Part shown: piece by piece, positions 8,389-16,931 of the stretch
Layout: every line of letters begins with the position of its first letter
Position numbering within the stretch: the first letter of the stretch is position 1
DNA from: a virus
Taxonomy: Duplodnaviria; Heunggongvirae; Uroviricota; Caudoviricetes
IMG/VR virus record: IMGVR_UViG_2585427754_000009
Reading direction: 5' to 3' (one strand)
Length of the DNA: 41,687 nt
Made by a program: the position numbers and the translations under genes
Notes under the pieces: generated by a model
What the model saw: the letters and a program-made list of their open reading frames with translations, nothing else
What the model was told of the DNA's origin: nothing
Database searches by the model: none

Positions 8389-9330
8389 ATGAGCACTAAA
8401 TTAACCGGCTATGTATGGGATGGTTGCGCTGCATCAGGCATGAAATTATCCAGCGTGGCAATTATGGCCCGCCTGGCTGATTTCAGTAATGACGAAGGTG
8501 TGTGCTGGCCATCAATTGAAACCATTGCCCGCCAGATTGGCGCGGGAATGAGTACCGTCAGAACGGCTATCGCACGGCTGGAAGCAGAAGGCTGGTTAAC
8601 GCGTAAGGCGCGTCGCCAGGGTAACCGCAATGCGTCGAATGTTTATCAGCTTAACGTTGTGAAGCTTCAGGCAGCGGCATTTTCTCAACTGTCAGATTCT
8701 GACCCGTCAAAATCTGACGCATCAAAATCTGACCCGTCAAAATTTGATGCGTCGAAATCTGGCAAAAAAGCGGGTTTTCACCCGTCAGAATCTGGCGGGG
8801 ATCCGTCAGTAAAATCAAAACATGATCCGTCAGATAAAAAAACTTCTCGTCCGGACGCTTCGCAACCGGACACGCAGACGGCTGAACAGGAGTTTTTAAC
8901 TCGCCATCCTGATGCGGTTGTATTCAGCCCTAAAAAGCGCCAGTGGGGAACGCAGGATGATTTGACCTGCGCACAGTGGCTCTGGAAAAAAATCATCGCC
9001 CTGTACGAGCAGGCCGCCGAATGTGACGGCGAGGTGGTTCGTCCCAAAGAACCGAACTGGACAGCCTGGGCAAACGAAATTCGCCTGATGTGTGTGCAGG
9101 ATGGTCGTACTCATAAACAAATCTGCGAGATGTACAGCCGCGTCAGTCGCGATCCGTTCTGGTGCCGTAACGTGCTCAGCCCGTCGAAGCTGCGGGAAAA
9201 ATGGGATGAGCTTTCCCTGCGCTTATCGCCGTCCGTCAGCACGTACACCGAAAAACGCGAAGACCCGTACTTCAAATCCAGTTACGACAACGTGGACTAC
9301 AGCCAGATCCCGGCAGGATTCAGGGGGTGA
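8389..9330 (+). CDS. Replication initiator, lambda O-like (N-terminal winged helix, internal repeat linker)
   Basis: N-terminal wHTH region (SVAIMARLADFSNDEGVCWPSIETIARQIGAGMSTVRTAIARLEAEGWL); pentapeptide repeats SKSDA/SKSDP/SKFDA encoded by 15-bp iterons; AGAGG RBS. Confidence 0.75.
   Translation: MSTKLTGYVWDGCAASGMKLSSVAIMARLADFSNDEGVCWPSIETIARQIGAGMSTVRTAIARLEAEGWLTRKARRQGNRNASNVYQLNVVKLQAAAFSQLSDSDPSKSDASKSDPSKFDASKSGKKAGFHPSESGGDPSVKSKHDPSDKKTSRPDASQPDTQTAEQEFLTRHPDAVVFSPKKRQWGTQDDLTCAQWLWKKIIALYEQAAECDGEVVRPKEPNWTAWANEIRLMCVQDGRTHKQICEMYSRVSRDPFWCRNVLSPSKLREKWDELSLRLSPSVSTYTEKREDPYFKSSYDNVDYSQIPAGFRG
8691..8845. repeat. Iteron array and AT-rich tract (putative origin) inside the initiator gene
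   Basis: Tandem 15-bp units starting 8706, 8721, 8736, 8751 (GTCAAAATCTGAC-like), related copies at 8784 and 8806, then A-rich tract (CAGATAAAAAAAC). Architecture like ori-lambda within O. Confidence 0.6.
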
Positions 9331-9332
9331 TC

Positions 9333-9821
9333 ATGAGTCTTTTGAATGAAGTTCAGAAATTCATTGAAGCCCATCCGGGATGTACTTCCGGAGACATTGC
9401 GGATGCTTTTGCAGGTTACTCACGGCAGCGCGTTCTGCAGTCAGCAAGCAAGTTACGTCAGAGTGGGCGTGTGGCTCACCGTTGTGAAGGAGATACACGC
9501 AGACATTTCCCGCGCCTGACTGAGAGAGCGCAGGAACCGGAACCACAACCAGTTCGAGAAACCAGACCTGTGCGCAATTTCTATGTCGGCACTAACGATC
9601 CCCAGGTGATTTTGTGCCTGACCCGCCAGGCTGAAGAACTGGAGTCCAGGGGCTTATACCGTCGTGCTGCAACCGTGTGGATGGCGGCATTCCGTGAAAG
9701 CCACTCCCAGCCAGAACGAAACAATTTTCTGGCGCGTCGTGAGCGGTGCTTACGGAAAAGCAGCAAGCGCGCTGCATCGGGTGAAGAGTGGTATCTCTCA
9801 GGGAATTACGTGGGGGCTTAA
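9333..9821 (+). CDS. PerC-like transcriptional activator family protein
   Basis: ATG at 9333 with GGGGGTGA RBS. Central LTRQAEELESRGLYRRAATVWMAAF recalled as PerC-family signature. Low certainty. Confidence 0.45.
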   Translation: MSLLNEVQKFIEAHPGCTSGDIADAFAGYSRQRVLQSASKLRQSGRVAHRCEGDTRRHFPRLTERAQEPEPQPVRETRPVRNFYVGTNDPQVILCLTRQAEELESRGLYRRAATVWMAAFRESHSQPERNNFLARRERCLRKSSKRAASGEEWYLSGNYVGA

Positions 9822-10474
9822 TGAGTAATAAATATTGCCAGGCGCTGGCGGAACTGCGGAACAAACCAGCCCATGAACTGAAGGAAGTGGGCGATCAGTG
9901 GCGCACGCCGGACAACATTTTCTGGGGAATTAACACCCTGTTTGGCCCGTTTGTTCTGGATCTGTTCACTGACGGTGATAACGCCAAATGTGCTGCGTAT
10001 TACACGGCGGAAGACAACGCGCTGGCGCATGACTGGTCAGAACGCCTTGCGGAGCTTAAAGGTGCTGCCTTTGGTAATCCCCCATACAGCCGCGCCAGTC
10101 AGCATGAGGGGCAATACATCACCGGCATGCGTTACATCATGAAGCATGCCAGTGCCATGCGTGATAAAGGCGGGCGCTATGTTTTCCTGATCAAAGCTGC
10201 CACCAGCGAAGTGTGGTGGCCGGAAGATGCAGATCATATTGCTTTTATTCGCGGGCGTATTGGTTTTGAACTGCCTGCCTGGTTTATCCCGAAGGATGAG
10301 AAGCAGGTGCCGACAGGCGCTTTCTTCGCTGGTGCTATTGCTGTTTTCGACAAGACCTGGAAGGGACCGGCAATCAGCTACATCGGGCGCGATGAACTTG
10401 AGGCATGTGGTGAGGCCTTTCTGGCGCAGGTTCGCCAGCAGGCAGAAAAACTGGTCAGGGAGATGGCGGCATGA
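9821..10474 (+). CDS. dam: Phage Dam-type N6-adenine DNA methyltransferase
   Basis: TAATG coupling to the upstream gene. NPPY catalytic motif (AAFGNPPYSR). 217 aa; typical phage orphan Dam family. Confidence 0.85.
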   Translation: MSNKYCQALAELRNKPAHELKEVGDQWRTPDNIFWGINTLFGPFVLDLFTDGDNAKCAAYYTAEDNALAHDWSERLAELKGAAFGNPPYSRASQHEGQYITGMRYIMKHASAMRDKGGRYVFLIKAATSEVWWPEDADHIAFIRGRIGFELPAWFIPKDEKQVPTGAFFAGAIAVFDKTWKGPAISYIGRDELEACGEAFLAQVRQQAEKLVREMAA

Positions 10475-10797
10475 CGACGTTAACTCAATGCCAGCAGCAG
10501 GTGCTGGATATGCTGATTTCTTATCAGAAAGAACGTGGCTTCCCGCCAACCAATCAGGAGGTGGCAACCATGCTGGGATACCGTTCAGTGAATGCAGCGG
10601 TGGAGCATCTTCGCGCACTGGAGAAAAAAGGCGTCATCACGATAAAGCGTGGCGTGGCCCGGGGCATCACGCTTCATATCGCGGTGAAGGACGACGACAG
10701 CGAGGCGGTCGGGATTATCCGCTCACTGCTTGCCGGTGAGGAAAACGCAAGGCTGCGTGCAACCCACTGGTTACATGAGAGGGGCCTGAAAGTATGA
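10471..10797 (+). CDS. LexA-N-terminal-like DNA-binding protein (108 aa)
   Basis: ATGA overlap with dam. QQQVLDMLISYQKERGFPPTNQEVATMLGYRSVNAAVEHLRALEKKGVI resembles the LexA DNA-binding domain; no peptidase domain. Confidence 0.6.
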   Translation: MTTLTQCQQQVLDMLISYQKERGFPPTNQEVATMLGYRSVNAAVEHLRALEKKGVITIKRGVARGITLHIAVKDDDSEAVGIIRSLLAGEENARLRATHWLHERGLKV

Positions 10798-11183
10798 AGC
10801 TGATCCTGCCTTTTCCACCCAGCGTGAACACGTACTGGCGACACCCCAACAAAGGGGCGTTTGCTGGTAAGAGCCTGATAAGCGCGGCGGGGCGAAAATT
10901 CCAGAGCTCGGCGTGCGCAGCAATAGTTGAGCAGTTACGTCGTCTGCCGAAACCAACGTCGGCACCTGCTTCTGTGGAGATCGTGTTGTTTCCTCCGGAT
11001 AACAGGATCCGCGATCTGGACAACTATAACAAGGCGCTGTTTGACGCCCTGACCCACGCGGGGGTGTGGGAAGACGACAGTCAGGTGAAAAGAATGCTGG
11101 TGGAGTGGGGATCGGTTATCCCGGAAGGGAAGGTCGAGATCACTATCAGTAAGTACGAGAAAACGGCGGGTGCAGCCGCCTGA
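10794..11183 (+). CDS. rusA: RusA Holliday-junction resolvase
   Basis: 129-aa ORF with LPFPPSVNTYWRH...DLDNYNKALFDALTHAGVWEDDSQV, the conserved RusA acidic catalytic motif. Confidence 0.85.
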   Translation: MKLILPFPPSVNTYWRHPNKGAFAGKSLISAAGRKFQSSACAAIVEQLRRLPKPTSAPASVEIVLFPPDNRIRDLDNYNKALFDALTHAGVWEDDSQVKRMLVEWGSVIPEGKVEITISKYEKTAGAAA

Positions 11184-11202
11184 TCAAGAGGAGAAACGAA
11201 GT

Positions 11203-12012
11203 ATGAATAATCTGATGGTCATTGATGGTATTGAAGTTCGTTGTGATGCTTATGGGCGTTACAGCCTGAACGATCTGCATCGCGCAGCAGTAGCATCTGG
11301 TGCAAATGCCAGAACCAAGGAGCCAGGAAAGTTTCTTTCCAGCCAACAAACTGTTGAGCTTGTTCATGAATTGACCAACACCCAGAATTTGGGTGTTGAC
11401 CCGGTGAGTGTGATTCATGGGGGCAATGAACGGGGAACGTATGTCTGCAAAGAACTGGTGTATGCCTATGCAATGTGGATCAGCCCGTCATTCCATCTAA
11501 AGGTGATCCGTACTTTCGATATGGTAACCAGCGCACCGGAAAAATTATTCGGGCAGGCTGCTGACAAGATGCAGGCTGGTGTGATTCTGCTGGACTTTAT
11601 GCGCAGGGAGTTAAACCTGTCTAACTCATCTGTGCTTGGTGCCTGTCAGAAACTTCAGGAGGCTGTTGGCTTACCGAATCTGGCACCGCGCTATGCCATT
11701 GATGCTCCTGCTGATGCACACGATGGCTCAAGTCGCCCGACACTGTCACTGAGTGCACTGCTGAAACAGTATGGTATCCGCCTGACGGCTAATCAGGCAT
11801 ATCACCAGATGGTGAAGCTGGGGATCGTCGAGCAGCGCGAACGATACAGCCGTACCGCGATTAACAACATCAAAAAATTCTGGTCGCTGACAGCGAAAGG
11901 CTGCATGTTCGGCAAGAACATCACCAGTCCCGCAAATCCGCGCGAGACGCAGCCGCATTTCTTCGAATCCCGATTCCCAGAGCTGTTAAAGCTGCTCGAT
12001 ACCGTTCATTGA
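11203..12012 (+). CDS. KilA-N domain protein
   Basis: Start at MNNLMVIDGIEVRCDAYGRYSLNDLHRAA with AAGAGGAGA RBS; N-terminal KilA-N/APSES-like DNA-binding fold; divergent C-terminus. Confidence 0.7.
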   Translation: MNNLMVIDGIEVRCDAYGRYSLNDLHRAAVASGANARTKEPGKFLSSQQTVELVHELTNTQNLGVDPVSVIHGGNERGTYVCKELVYAYAMWISPSFHLKVIRTFDMVTSAPEKLFGQAADKMQAGVILLDFMRRELNLSNSSVLGACQKLQEAVGLPNLAPRYAIDAPADAHDGSSRPTLSLSALLKQYGIRLTANQAYHQMVKLGIVEQRERYSRTAINNIKKFWSLTAKGCMFGKNITSPANPRETQPHFFESRFPELLKLLDTVH

Positions 12013-12013
12013 G

Positions 12014-13009
12014 GTGACCGTGAGAGCACTACTGACCCCTGAAATTGCCCCGCGTATGGGGATCGTATTGTTCAGGCCAGGTTCAGAGCTGATGCCCTTG
12101 TTTATGCAGGGGCGTGTCCTGCTGGAGCCTGAGCCGGAACGTTATTCATCTTTCGCCAGTGGTGCCGTTCCCGCGGCATCACAACCGCTGGCGGATGATC
12201 CTGCCGTTCGGGCCGTGTTCCGCAATGAGGCAGTGATCCGTCGTGCTGGTGGCGTGGAATGTCTTGAAAGCTGGTTACTTCGTGAAAAAGGCTGCCAGTG
12301 GCTTCATTCCGACTGGCACAGCGAGAACATGACAACAATGCGACACGCTCCGGGCGCAATCCGTCTGTGCTGGCACTGCGATAACCAGCTGCGCGATCAG
12401 TTCACGGAACGGCTGGAATCAATGGCAACGGATAACTGTGCCCGCTGGGTGTTGTCTGTTGTGCGTCGGGATCTCGGTTTTGATGACAGTCACGTTGTGA
12501 CAATGCCGGAACTGTGCTGGTGGCTGATTCGTAATGACCTTGCGGACGCCTTACCGGAAAGTGCAGCCCGTAAGGCACTGAGATTACCGAAGCCTGTTGT
12601 GCCGTCTGTCACCCGGGAAAGTGACCTTGTGCCTTCGGTTCCTGCCACCAGCATCATCCAGGATAAGGCGAAAAAGGTGCTGGCGCTGAAAGTGGATCCG
12701 GAGTCGCCGGAGTCTTTTATGTTACGCCCAAAACGTCGCCGCTGGGTTAATGAAAAGTACACGCGCTGGGTTAAGACACAGCCGTGTGCATGTTGTGGAA
12801 AGCCTGCTGATGATCCCCACCACCTGATAGGTCACGGTCAGGGTGGAATGGGAACAAAAGCGCATGACCTCTTTGTGTTGCCTTTGTGCAGAAAGCATCA
12901 CGACGAGCTGCATGCGGATACCGTGGCATTTGAAGAGAAGTATGGCTCCCAGCTGGAGCTGATATTTCGTTTTATCGATCGTGCGCTGGCAATAGGTGTA
13001 CTGGCGTAA
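12014..13009 (+). CDS. DUF968-family protein with C-terminal Cys/His (HNH-like) motif
   Basis: GTG start. C-terminal CACCGKPADDPHHLIGHGQGGMGTKAHDLFVLPLCRKHHDELH; position in the nin-like region upstream of Q. Confidence 0.6.
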   Translation: MTVRALLTPEIAPRMGIVLFRPGSELMPLFMQGRVLLEPEPERYSSFASGAVPAASQPLADDPAVRAVFRNEAVIRRAGGVECLESWLLREKGCQWLHSDWHSENMTTMRHAPGAIRLCWHCDNQLRDQFTERLESMATDNCARWVLSVVRRDLGFDDSHVVTMPELCWWLIRNDLADALPESAARKALRLPKPVVPSVTRESDLVPSVPATSIIQDKAKKVLALKVDPESPESFMLRPKRRRWVNEKYTRWVKTQPCACCGKPADDPHHLIGHGQGGMGTKAHDLFVLPLCRKHHDELHADTVAFEEKYGSQLELIFRFIDRALAIGVLA

Positions 13010-13022
13010 GTGGAGAACGAGC

Positions 13023-13775
13023 ATGAACCTTGAAGCCTTACCGAAATATTACTCCCCAAAATCTCCAAAATTGAGCGATGACGCACCGGCGACAGGCTCT
13101 GGTGGTTTAACAATTACGGATGTGATGGCTGCGCAGGGGATGGTGCAGTCGAAAGCACCGCTTGGGTTTGCCTTATTCCTGGCAAAAGTTGGTGTTCAGG
13201 ATCCTCAGTTTGCGATTGAAGGTCTGCTCAATTACGCGATGGCACTGGATAACCCGACATTGAATAAATTGAGTGAAGAAACCCGGCTACAGATTATTCC
13301 TTACCTTGTGAATTTTGCCTTTGCTGATTATTCCAGGTCTGCGGCAAGTAAGGCTCGCTGTGAGCATTGTGCTGGTACTGGATTTCATAATGTATTGCGC
13401 GAAGTGGTGAAACACTCCAGAAGCGGGGAATCTGTTATCAAGGAAGAGTGGGTGAAGGAACTATGTCAGCATTGTCATGGTAAGGGAGAAGTCAGCACAG
13501 CGTGCAGAGGGTGTAAGGGTAAAGGTATTGTCCTGGATGAAAAAAGGACCCGGCTTCATGGCACGCCTGTTTATAAGATTTGTGGGCGTTGCAATGGAAA
13601 TCGGTTTAGCCGTTTACCAACCACACTGGCGCGGCATCATGTCCAGAAGCTGGTACCAGACCTGACGGATTATCAGTGGTACAAAGGATATGCAGATGTC
13701 ATTGATAAACTGGTGACAAAGTGCTGGCAGGAAGAAGCATATGCTGAGACGCAATTAAGAAAAGTGACGAGATAA
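13023..13775 (+). CDS. Q: Late-gene antiterminator Q
   Basis: Start MNLEALPKYY with GGAGA RBS. Paired CxxC zinc-finger motifs (CEHCAGTG, CQHCHGKGE, CRGCKGKG, CGRCNG). Immediately followed by promoter and terminator. Confidence 0.8.
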   Translation: MNLEALPKYYSPKSPKLSDDAPATGSGGLTITDVMAAQGMVQSKAPLGFALFLAKVGVQDPQFAIEGLLNYAMALDNPTLNKLSEETRLQIIPYLVNFAFADYSRSAASKARCEHCAGTGFHNVLREVVKHSRSGESVIKEEWVKELCQHCHGKGEVSTACRGCKGKGIVLDEKRTRLHGTPVYKICGRCNGNRFSRLPTTLARHHVQKLVPDLTDYQWYKGYADVIDKLVTKCWQEEAYAETQLRKVTR

Positions 13776-13806
13776 ATGATTTTCGCCGAAGATGGCGACA
13801 TAATTC

Positions 13807-13835
13807 TTGCATTTTTCAAAAAATATGGATAAGAT
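13807..13835 (+). promoter_or_regulatory. Late promoter pR' (and presumed qut site)
   Basis: TTGCAT (13807-13812), 17-bp spacer, TAAGAT (13830-13835); 32 bp after the Q stop. Confidence 0.6.
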
Positions 13836-13883
13836 TTTCCCAACGATGGGCTTTGTATGTCTACCGTTGATAAGATTTAAGAC

Positions 13884-13906
13884 CCCGCCGCTGAGCGGGT
13901 TTTTTT
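13884..13906 (+). terminator. Intrinsic terminator tR'
   Basis: CCCGC-cgctga-GCGGG hairpin followed by T7; about 50 nt downstream of the pR' -10. Confidence 0.65.
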
Positions 13907-14025
13907 GTGCCTTGATGTTGGCAGTACGGTAAACACGCTGGTGGTCGTGAATACTGACTTTTTATCTTGCTGGCTTTTTAGACAAGAGTTATTGGTATGT
14001 CATGTTAACCAGAAGGAAAAAAGAC

Positions 14026-14220
14026 ATGCTAAAACAGCTAGATATGACAGAAACGGCGAAAGTTGTTTTTAATGAATTAAGCGTCGAACCGGCAACAGTC
14101 GGGGAGATAGCACAAAACACATACCTTTCACGCGAACGCTGTCAGTTAATACTGACCCAGCTGGTTATGGCGGGGCTGGCAGATTACCAGTTCGGCTGTT
14201 ACAGACGCCTTCAGCAATGA
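14026..14220 (+). CDS. Small hypothetical protein (64 aa), possible winged-helix
   Basis: Second in-frame ATG preferred (AAGGA RBS). Sits between tR' and a methyltransferase gene. No family recognised. Confidence 0.45.
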   Translation: MLKQLDMTETAKVVFNELSVEPATVGEIAQNTYLSRERCQLILTQLVMAGLADYQFGCYRRLQQ

Positions 14221-14369
14221 AGGGCTTTTAATTTGTGAAAATGGGCGGCTGGTGGGTGTTGGTAGCACCTGCCAGCCATTCGCTCATGCTTACTGGTCAC
14301 AAGCGAACCATGGCCCACTGCTTTAGCGCAAAAGCAGAGTGAGCCTACCAGAGTTACGCTTACTGATCC

Positions 14370-15422
14370 ATGAAAAATACTGTAAAAATAAACAGTATTG
14401 ATTTAATCAACGCTGATTGCCTGCATTTTATTCAGTCCCTGCCTGATGATTCCATTGACCTGATAGTTACCGATCCGCCGTACTTCAAAGTGAAGCCCAA
14501 CGGTTGGGACAATCAGTGGAAAGGGGACGAAGATTACCTTAAGTGGCTGGACCACTGTCTGGCTCAGTTCTGGCGGGTGTTAAAACCTGCCGGAAGCCTT
14601 TACCTGTTCTGTGGACATCGCCTGGCATCTGATATCGAGATCATGATGCGTGAACGTTTCAACGTGCTTAACCATATCATCTGGGCGAAGCCGTCCGGAC
14701 GATGGAACGGGTGTAATAAAGAAAGCCTGCGGGCATATTTCCCCGCTACAGAGCGCGTTCTGTTTGCTGAACATTACCAGGGGCCATATCGCGGCAAAAG
14801 TGACGGCTATGCGGAAAAAGAAAGGGAACTCAAACAGCACATAATGGCACCGCTGATATCGTATTTCAGGGATGCACGTGCCGAACTGGGTATAACGGCA
14901 AAACAGATTGCCGAAGCCACTGGTAAGAAAAACATGGTTTCCCACTGGTTTGGTGCCAGTCAGTGGCAGTTGCCGAATGAGGCTGACTACCGGAAGTTGC
15001 AGGCACTGTTTTCCCGTATAGCGGCAGAGAAGTTTCAGGAACAACAACTGGAACAGACACACCACCAGCTGGTGGCATCTTATGATTCACTGAATCGCAA
15101 ATATTCTGAATTGCTGGATGAGTTTAAATCTCTCCGGCGCTATTTCTCCGTATCAGTCTCCGTGCCTTATACCGATGTCTGGACGCATAAACCCGTTCAG
15201 TTCTACCCGGGTAAACATCCGTGTGAGAAACCGGCGGATATGCTCCGGCAAATAATCAATGCCAGTAGTCGACCAGGTGATCTGGTTGCTGATTTTTTTA
15301 TGGGATCTGGTTCCACAATAAAAGCAGCAATGGAGCTGGGGCGTCGGGCGTTAGGTGTTGAGCTTGAGTCAGATCGGTTTAACCAGACAGTGAAAGAGGT
15401 AAGTGAACTGGTGGGGAAATAA
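14370..15422 (+). CDS. Orphan DNA methyltransferase (N6A/N4C type, beta-class motif order)
   Basis: DPPY catalytic motif near the N-terminus (DLIVTDPPYF) and AdoMet motif FxGSGST near the C-terminus (FFMGSGSTIKAAMELGR). No adjacent nuclease gene. Confidence 0.8.
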   Translation: MKNTVKINSIDLINADCLHFIQSLPDDSIDLIVTDPPYFKVKPNGWDNQWKGDEDYLKWLDHCLAQFWRVLKPAGSLYLFCGHRLASDIEIMMRERFNVLNHIIWAKPSGRWNGCNKESLRAYFPATERVLFAEHYQGPYRGKSDGYAEKERELKQHIMAPLISYFRDARAELGITAKQIAEATGKKNMVSHWFGASQWQLPNEADYRKLQALFSRIAAEKFQEQQLEQTHHQLVASYDSLNRKYSELLDEFKSLRRYFSVSVSVPYTDVWTHKPVQFYPGKHPCEKPADMLRQIINASSRPGDLVADFFMGSGSTIKAAMELGRRALGVELESDRFNQTVKEVSELVGK

Positions 15423-15499
15423 TTCTGGTGGCCACGTTGCGTGGCCTTTTTATTTCCAACACAGCACCCGCAAATAATCGCGAGGTGAGAGATGACGAA

Positions 15500-15835
15500 A
15501 TGCCTCATAACCCAAATACCTGGCCGGACTGGCTGGAGTTGTTCCAGAGCTGGTGGCGTGGAGATACGCCGCTGGGCGCAGTGATTATGTCGATTGTTAT
15601 GGCTGGTTTGCGTATTGCCTATTTTGGTGGTGGTGGCGGCTGGAAACGAAAAACACTCGAAATTTTGCTCTGTGGCGCTCTGACGCTGACCTTTGCATCC
15701 GCGCTTGAGTATGTCGGATGGCCTAAATCGCTTTCTGTTGCCATTGGTGGTGGGGTGGGGCTGATCGGGGTCGATGCAATTCGTGGGGCTGCAATGAGAG
15801 TAATCGGTAACAAGTTTGGTGGCTCTAAGGAGTAA
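15500..15835 (+). CDS. Holin (three predicted transmembrane segments)
   Basis: ATG at 15500 (MPHNPNTW...). Hydrophobic segments LGAVIMSIVMAGLRIAYF, LEILLCGALTLTFASALEYV, LSVAIGGGVGLIGVDAI. Directly upstream of the endolysin. The GTG at 15428 is an alternative start. Confidence 0.7.
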   Translation: MPHNPNTWPDWLELFQSWWRGDTPLGAVIMSIVMAGLRIAYFGGGGGWKRKTLEILLCGALTLTFASALEYVGWPKSLSVAIGGGVGLIGVDAIRGAAMRVIGNKFGGSKE

Positions 15836-15838
15836 TTT

Positions 15839-16315
15839 ATGCAGGTACTAAATTCCCAGCGTAAAGCTTTCCTCGATATGGTGGCATGGTCAGAAGGAAC
15901 GGATAATGGACGGCAACCGACATGTAACCACGGTTATGACGTTATTGTCGGTGGTGAACTCTTCACTGATTACTCCGACCACCCTCGCAAACTTGTCACG
16001 CTAAACCCAAAACTTAAATCAACGGCTGCTGGACGCTACCAGATTCTTTCCCGATGGTGGGATGCTTACCGTAAACAGCTTGGTCTGAAAGACTTCTCCC
16101 CCAAAAGCCAGGACGCAGTGGCATTGCAGCAGATTAAAGAGCGTGGTGCTTTACCGATGATTGATCGCGGTGATATCCGTCAGGCTATCGATCGTTGCAG
16201 CAATATCTGGGCTTCACTGCCGGGCGCAGGTTACGGTCAGTATGAACATAAAATCGGTGACCTGATTGCCCGATTTAAAGAGGCTGGTGGGGTGGTAAAT
16301 GAAGTTGAGTTATAA
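15839..16315 (+). CDS. R: Endolysin, lambda R-type lytic transglycosylase
   Basis: 158-aa product near-identical to lambda R from memory (NSQRKAFLDMVAWSEGTDNGRQ...GYDVIVGGELFTDYSDHPRK). AAGGAG RBS. Confidence 0.93.
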   Translation: MQVLNSQRKAFLDMVAWSEGTDNGRQPTCNHGYDVIVGGELFTDYSDHPRKLVTLNPKLKSTAAGRYQILSRWWDAYRKQLGLKDFSPKSQDAVALQQIKERGALPMIDRGDIRQAIDRCSNIWASLPGAGYGQYEHKIGDLIARFKEAGGVVNEVEL

Positions 16316-16691
16316 GCTGATTATCGCTGCTTTTTTCGTTACTGCCATTGGTTCTTTCATCTGGTCAGCCAACTACTACTACAGCAAATATCAGTACGAA
16401 AAGAAACGTGCTGATGAGGCTGTACAAAATGCTGAATCAGCAACTGCCATTACCAATAACGTCCTGCAATCAATGCAAATCGTCAATACAGTTTTGGAGG
16501 CTAACCAGCATGCAAAACAGCAGATCGCACTGGAGTCACAGAGAACCCAGGAAGATATCAAAGTGGCTGTTGCGGATGATGATTGCGCTTCACGCCCTGT
16601 GCCTGATGTCGCTGCTGACCGGTTGCGGAAGTACGCGGACAGTATACGTGCAGGTTCCAACGATACCGTTACCGGCGAACCTGCTCGCTGA
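16299..16691 (+). CDS. Rz: Rz i-spanin
   Basis: N-terminal TM (LIIAAFFVTAIGSFIW) then coiled-coil periplasmic domain. Start overlaps the end of R. Contains the Rz1 start in the +1 frame. Confidence 0.8.
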   Translation: MKLSYKLIIAAFFVTAIGSFIWSANYYYSKYQYEKKRADEAVQNAESATAITNNVLQSMQIVNTVLEANQHAKQQIALESQRTQEDIKVAVADDDCASRPVPDVAADRLRKYADSIRAGSNDTVTGEPAR

Positions 16692-16854
16692 AACTCCACA
16701 GCCAGTTATACCCAATCCTCTGACTTATGGGGATAGTCTTAGTTTGAATGTAAGTCTGCTATCAGCACTGGGGCTATGTAACCGTGATAAGTCTGATCTT
16801 CGTAGGTTAGGAGAGCAAAAGTACAATCTGCATTTGAATAATAATATTCATTAG
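16576..16854 (+). CDS. Rz1: Rz1 o-spanin lipoprotein (overlapped architecture)
   Basis: MMIALHALCLMSLLTGCGS: signal peptide with lipobox LTGC. Pro-rich mature region. Starts inside Rz in another frame and extends 163 bp past the Rz stop. Confidence 0.7.
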   Translation: MMIALHALCLMSLLTGCGSTRTVYVQVPTIPLPANLLAETPQPVIPNPLTYGDSLSLNVSLLSALGLCNRDKSDLRRLGEQKYNLHLNNNIH

Positions 16855-16931
16855 GTGAAATATTTTTATTTGACTGTTCTAGTTATTATGCTTTTAGTTA
16901 CAATACTCTCACTATTAACAGTGAGGTAAAA

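Noticed and set aside
8706-8763. CRISPR-like or VNTR array
   Set aside because: The 15-bp period lies in frame inside a coding sequence and is followed by an A-rich tract; interpreted as replication iterons.
12014-13009. Free-standing HNH homing endonuclease
   Set aside because: The Cys/His motif is present, but the large N-terminal region and nin-like position fit the DUF968 family better; left as a domain note.
14221-14369. Possible tRNA gene between the small ORF and the methyltransferase
   Set aside because: A GGTG/CACC stem with a TTGGTAG loop resembles a D-arm, but no acceptor stem, anticodon arm or T-arm (GTTCRA) could be built on either strand.
15428-15499. GTG start giving a 135-aa holin
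   Set aside because: It would add a 24-residue hydrophilic N-terminal extension with no RBS; the ATG at 15500 is preferred, but a dual-start arrangement cannot be excluded.
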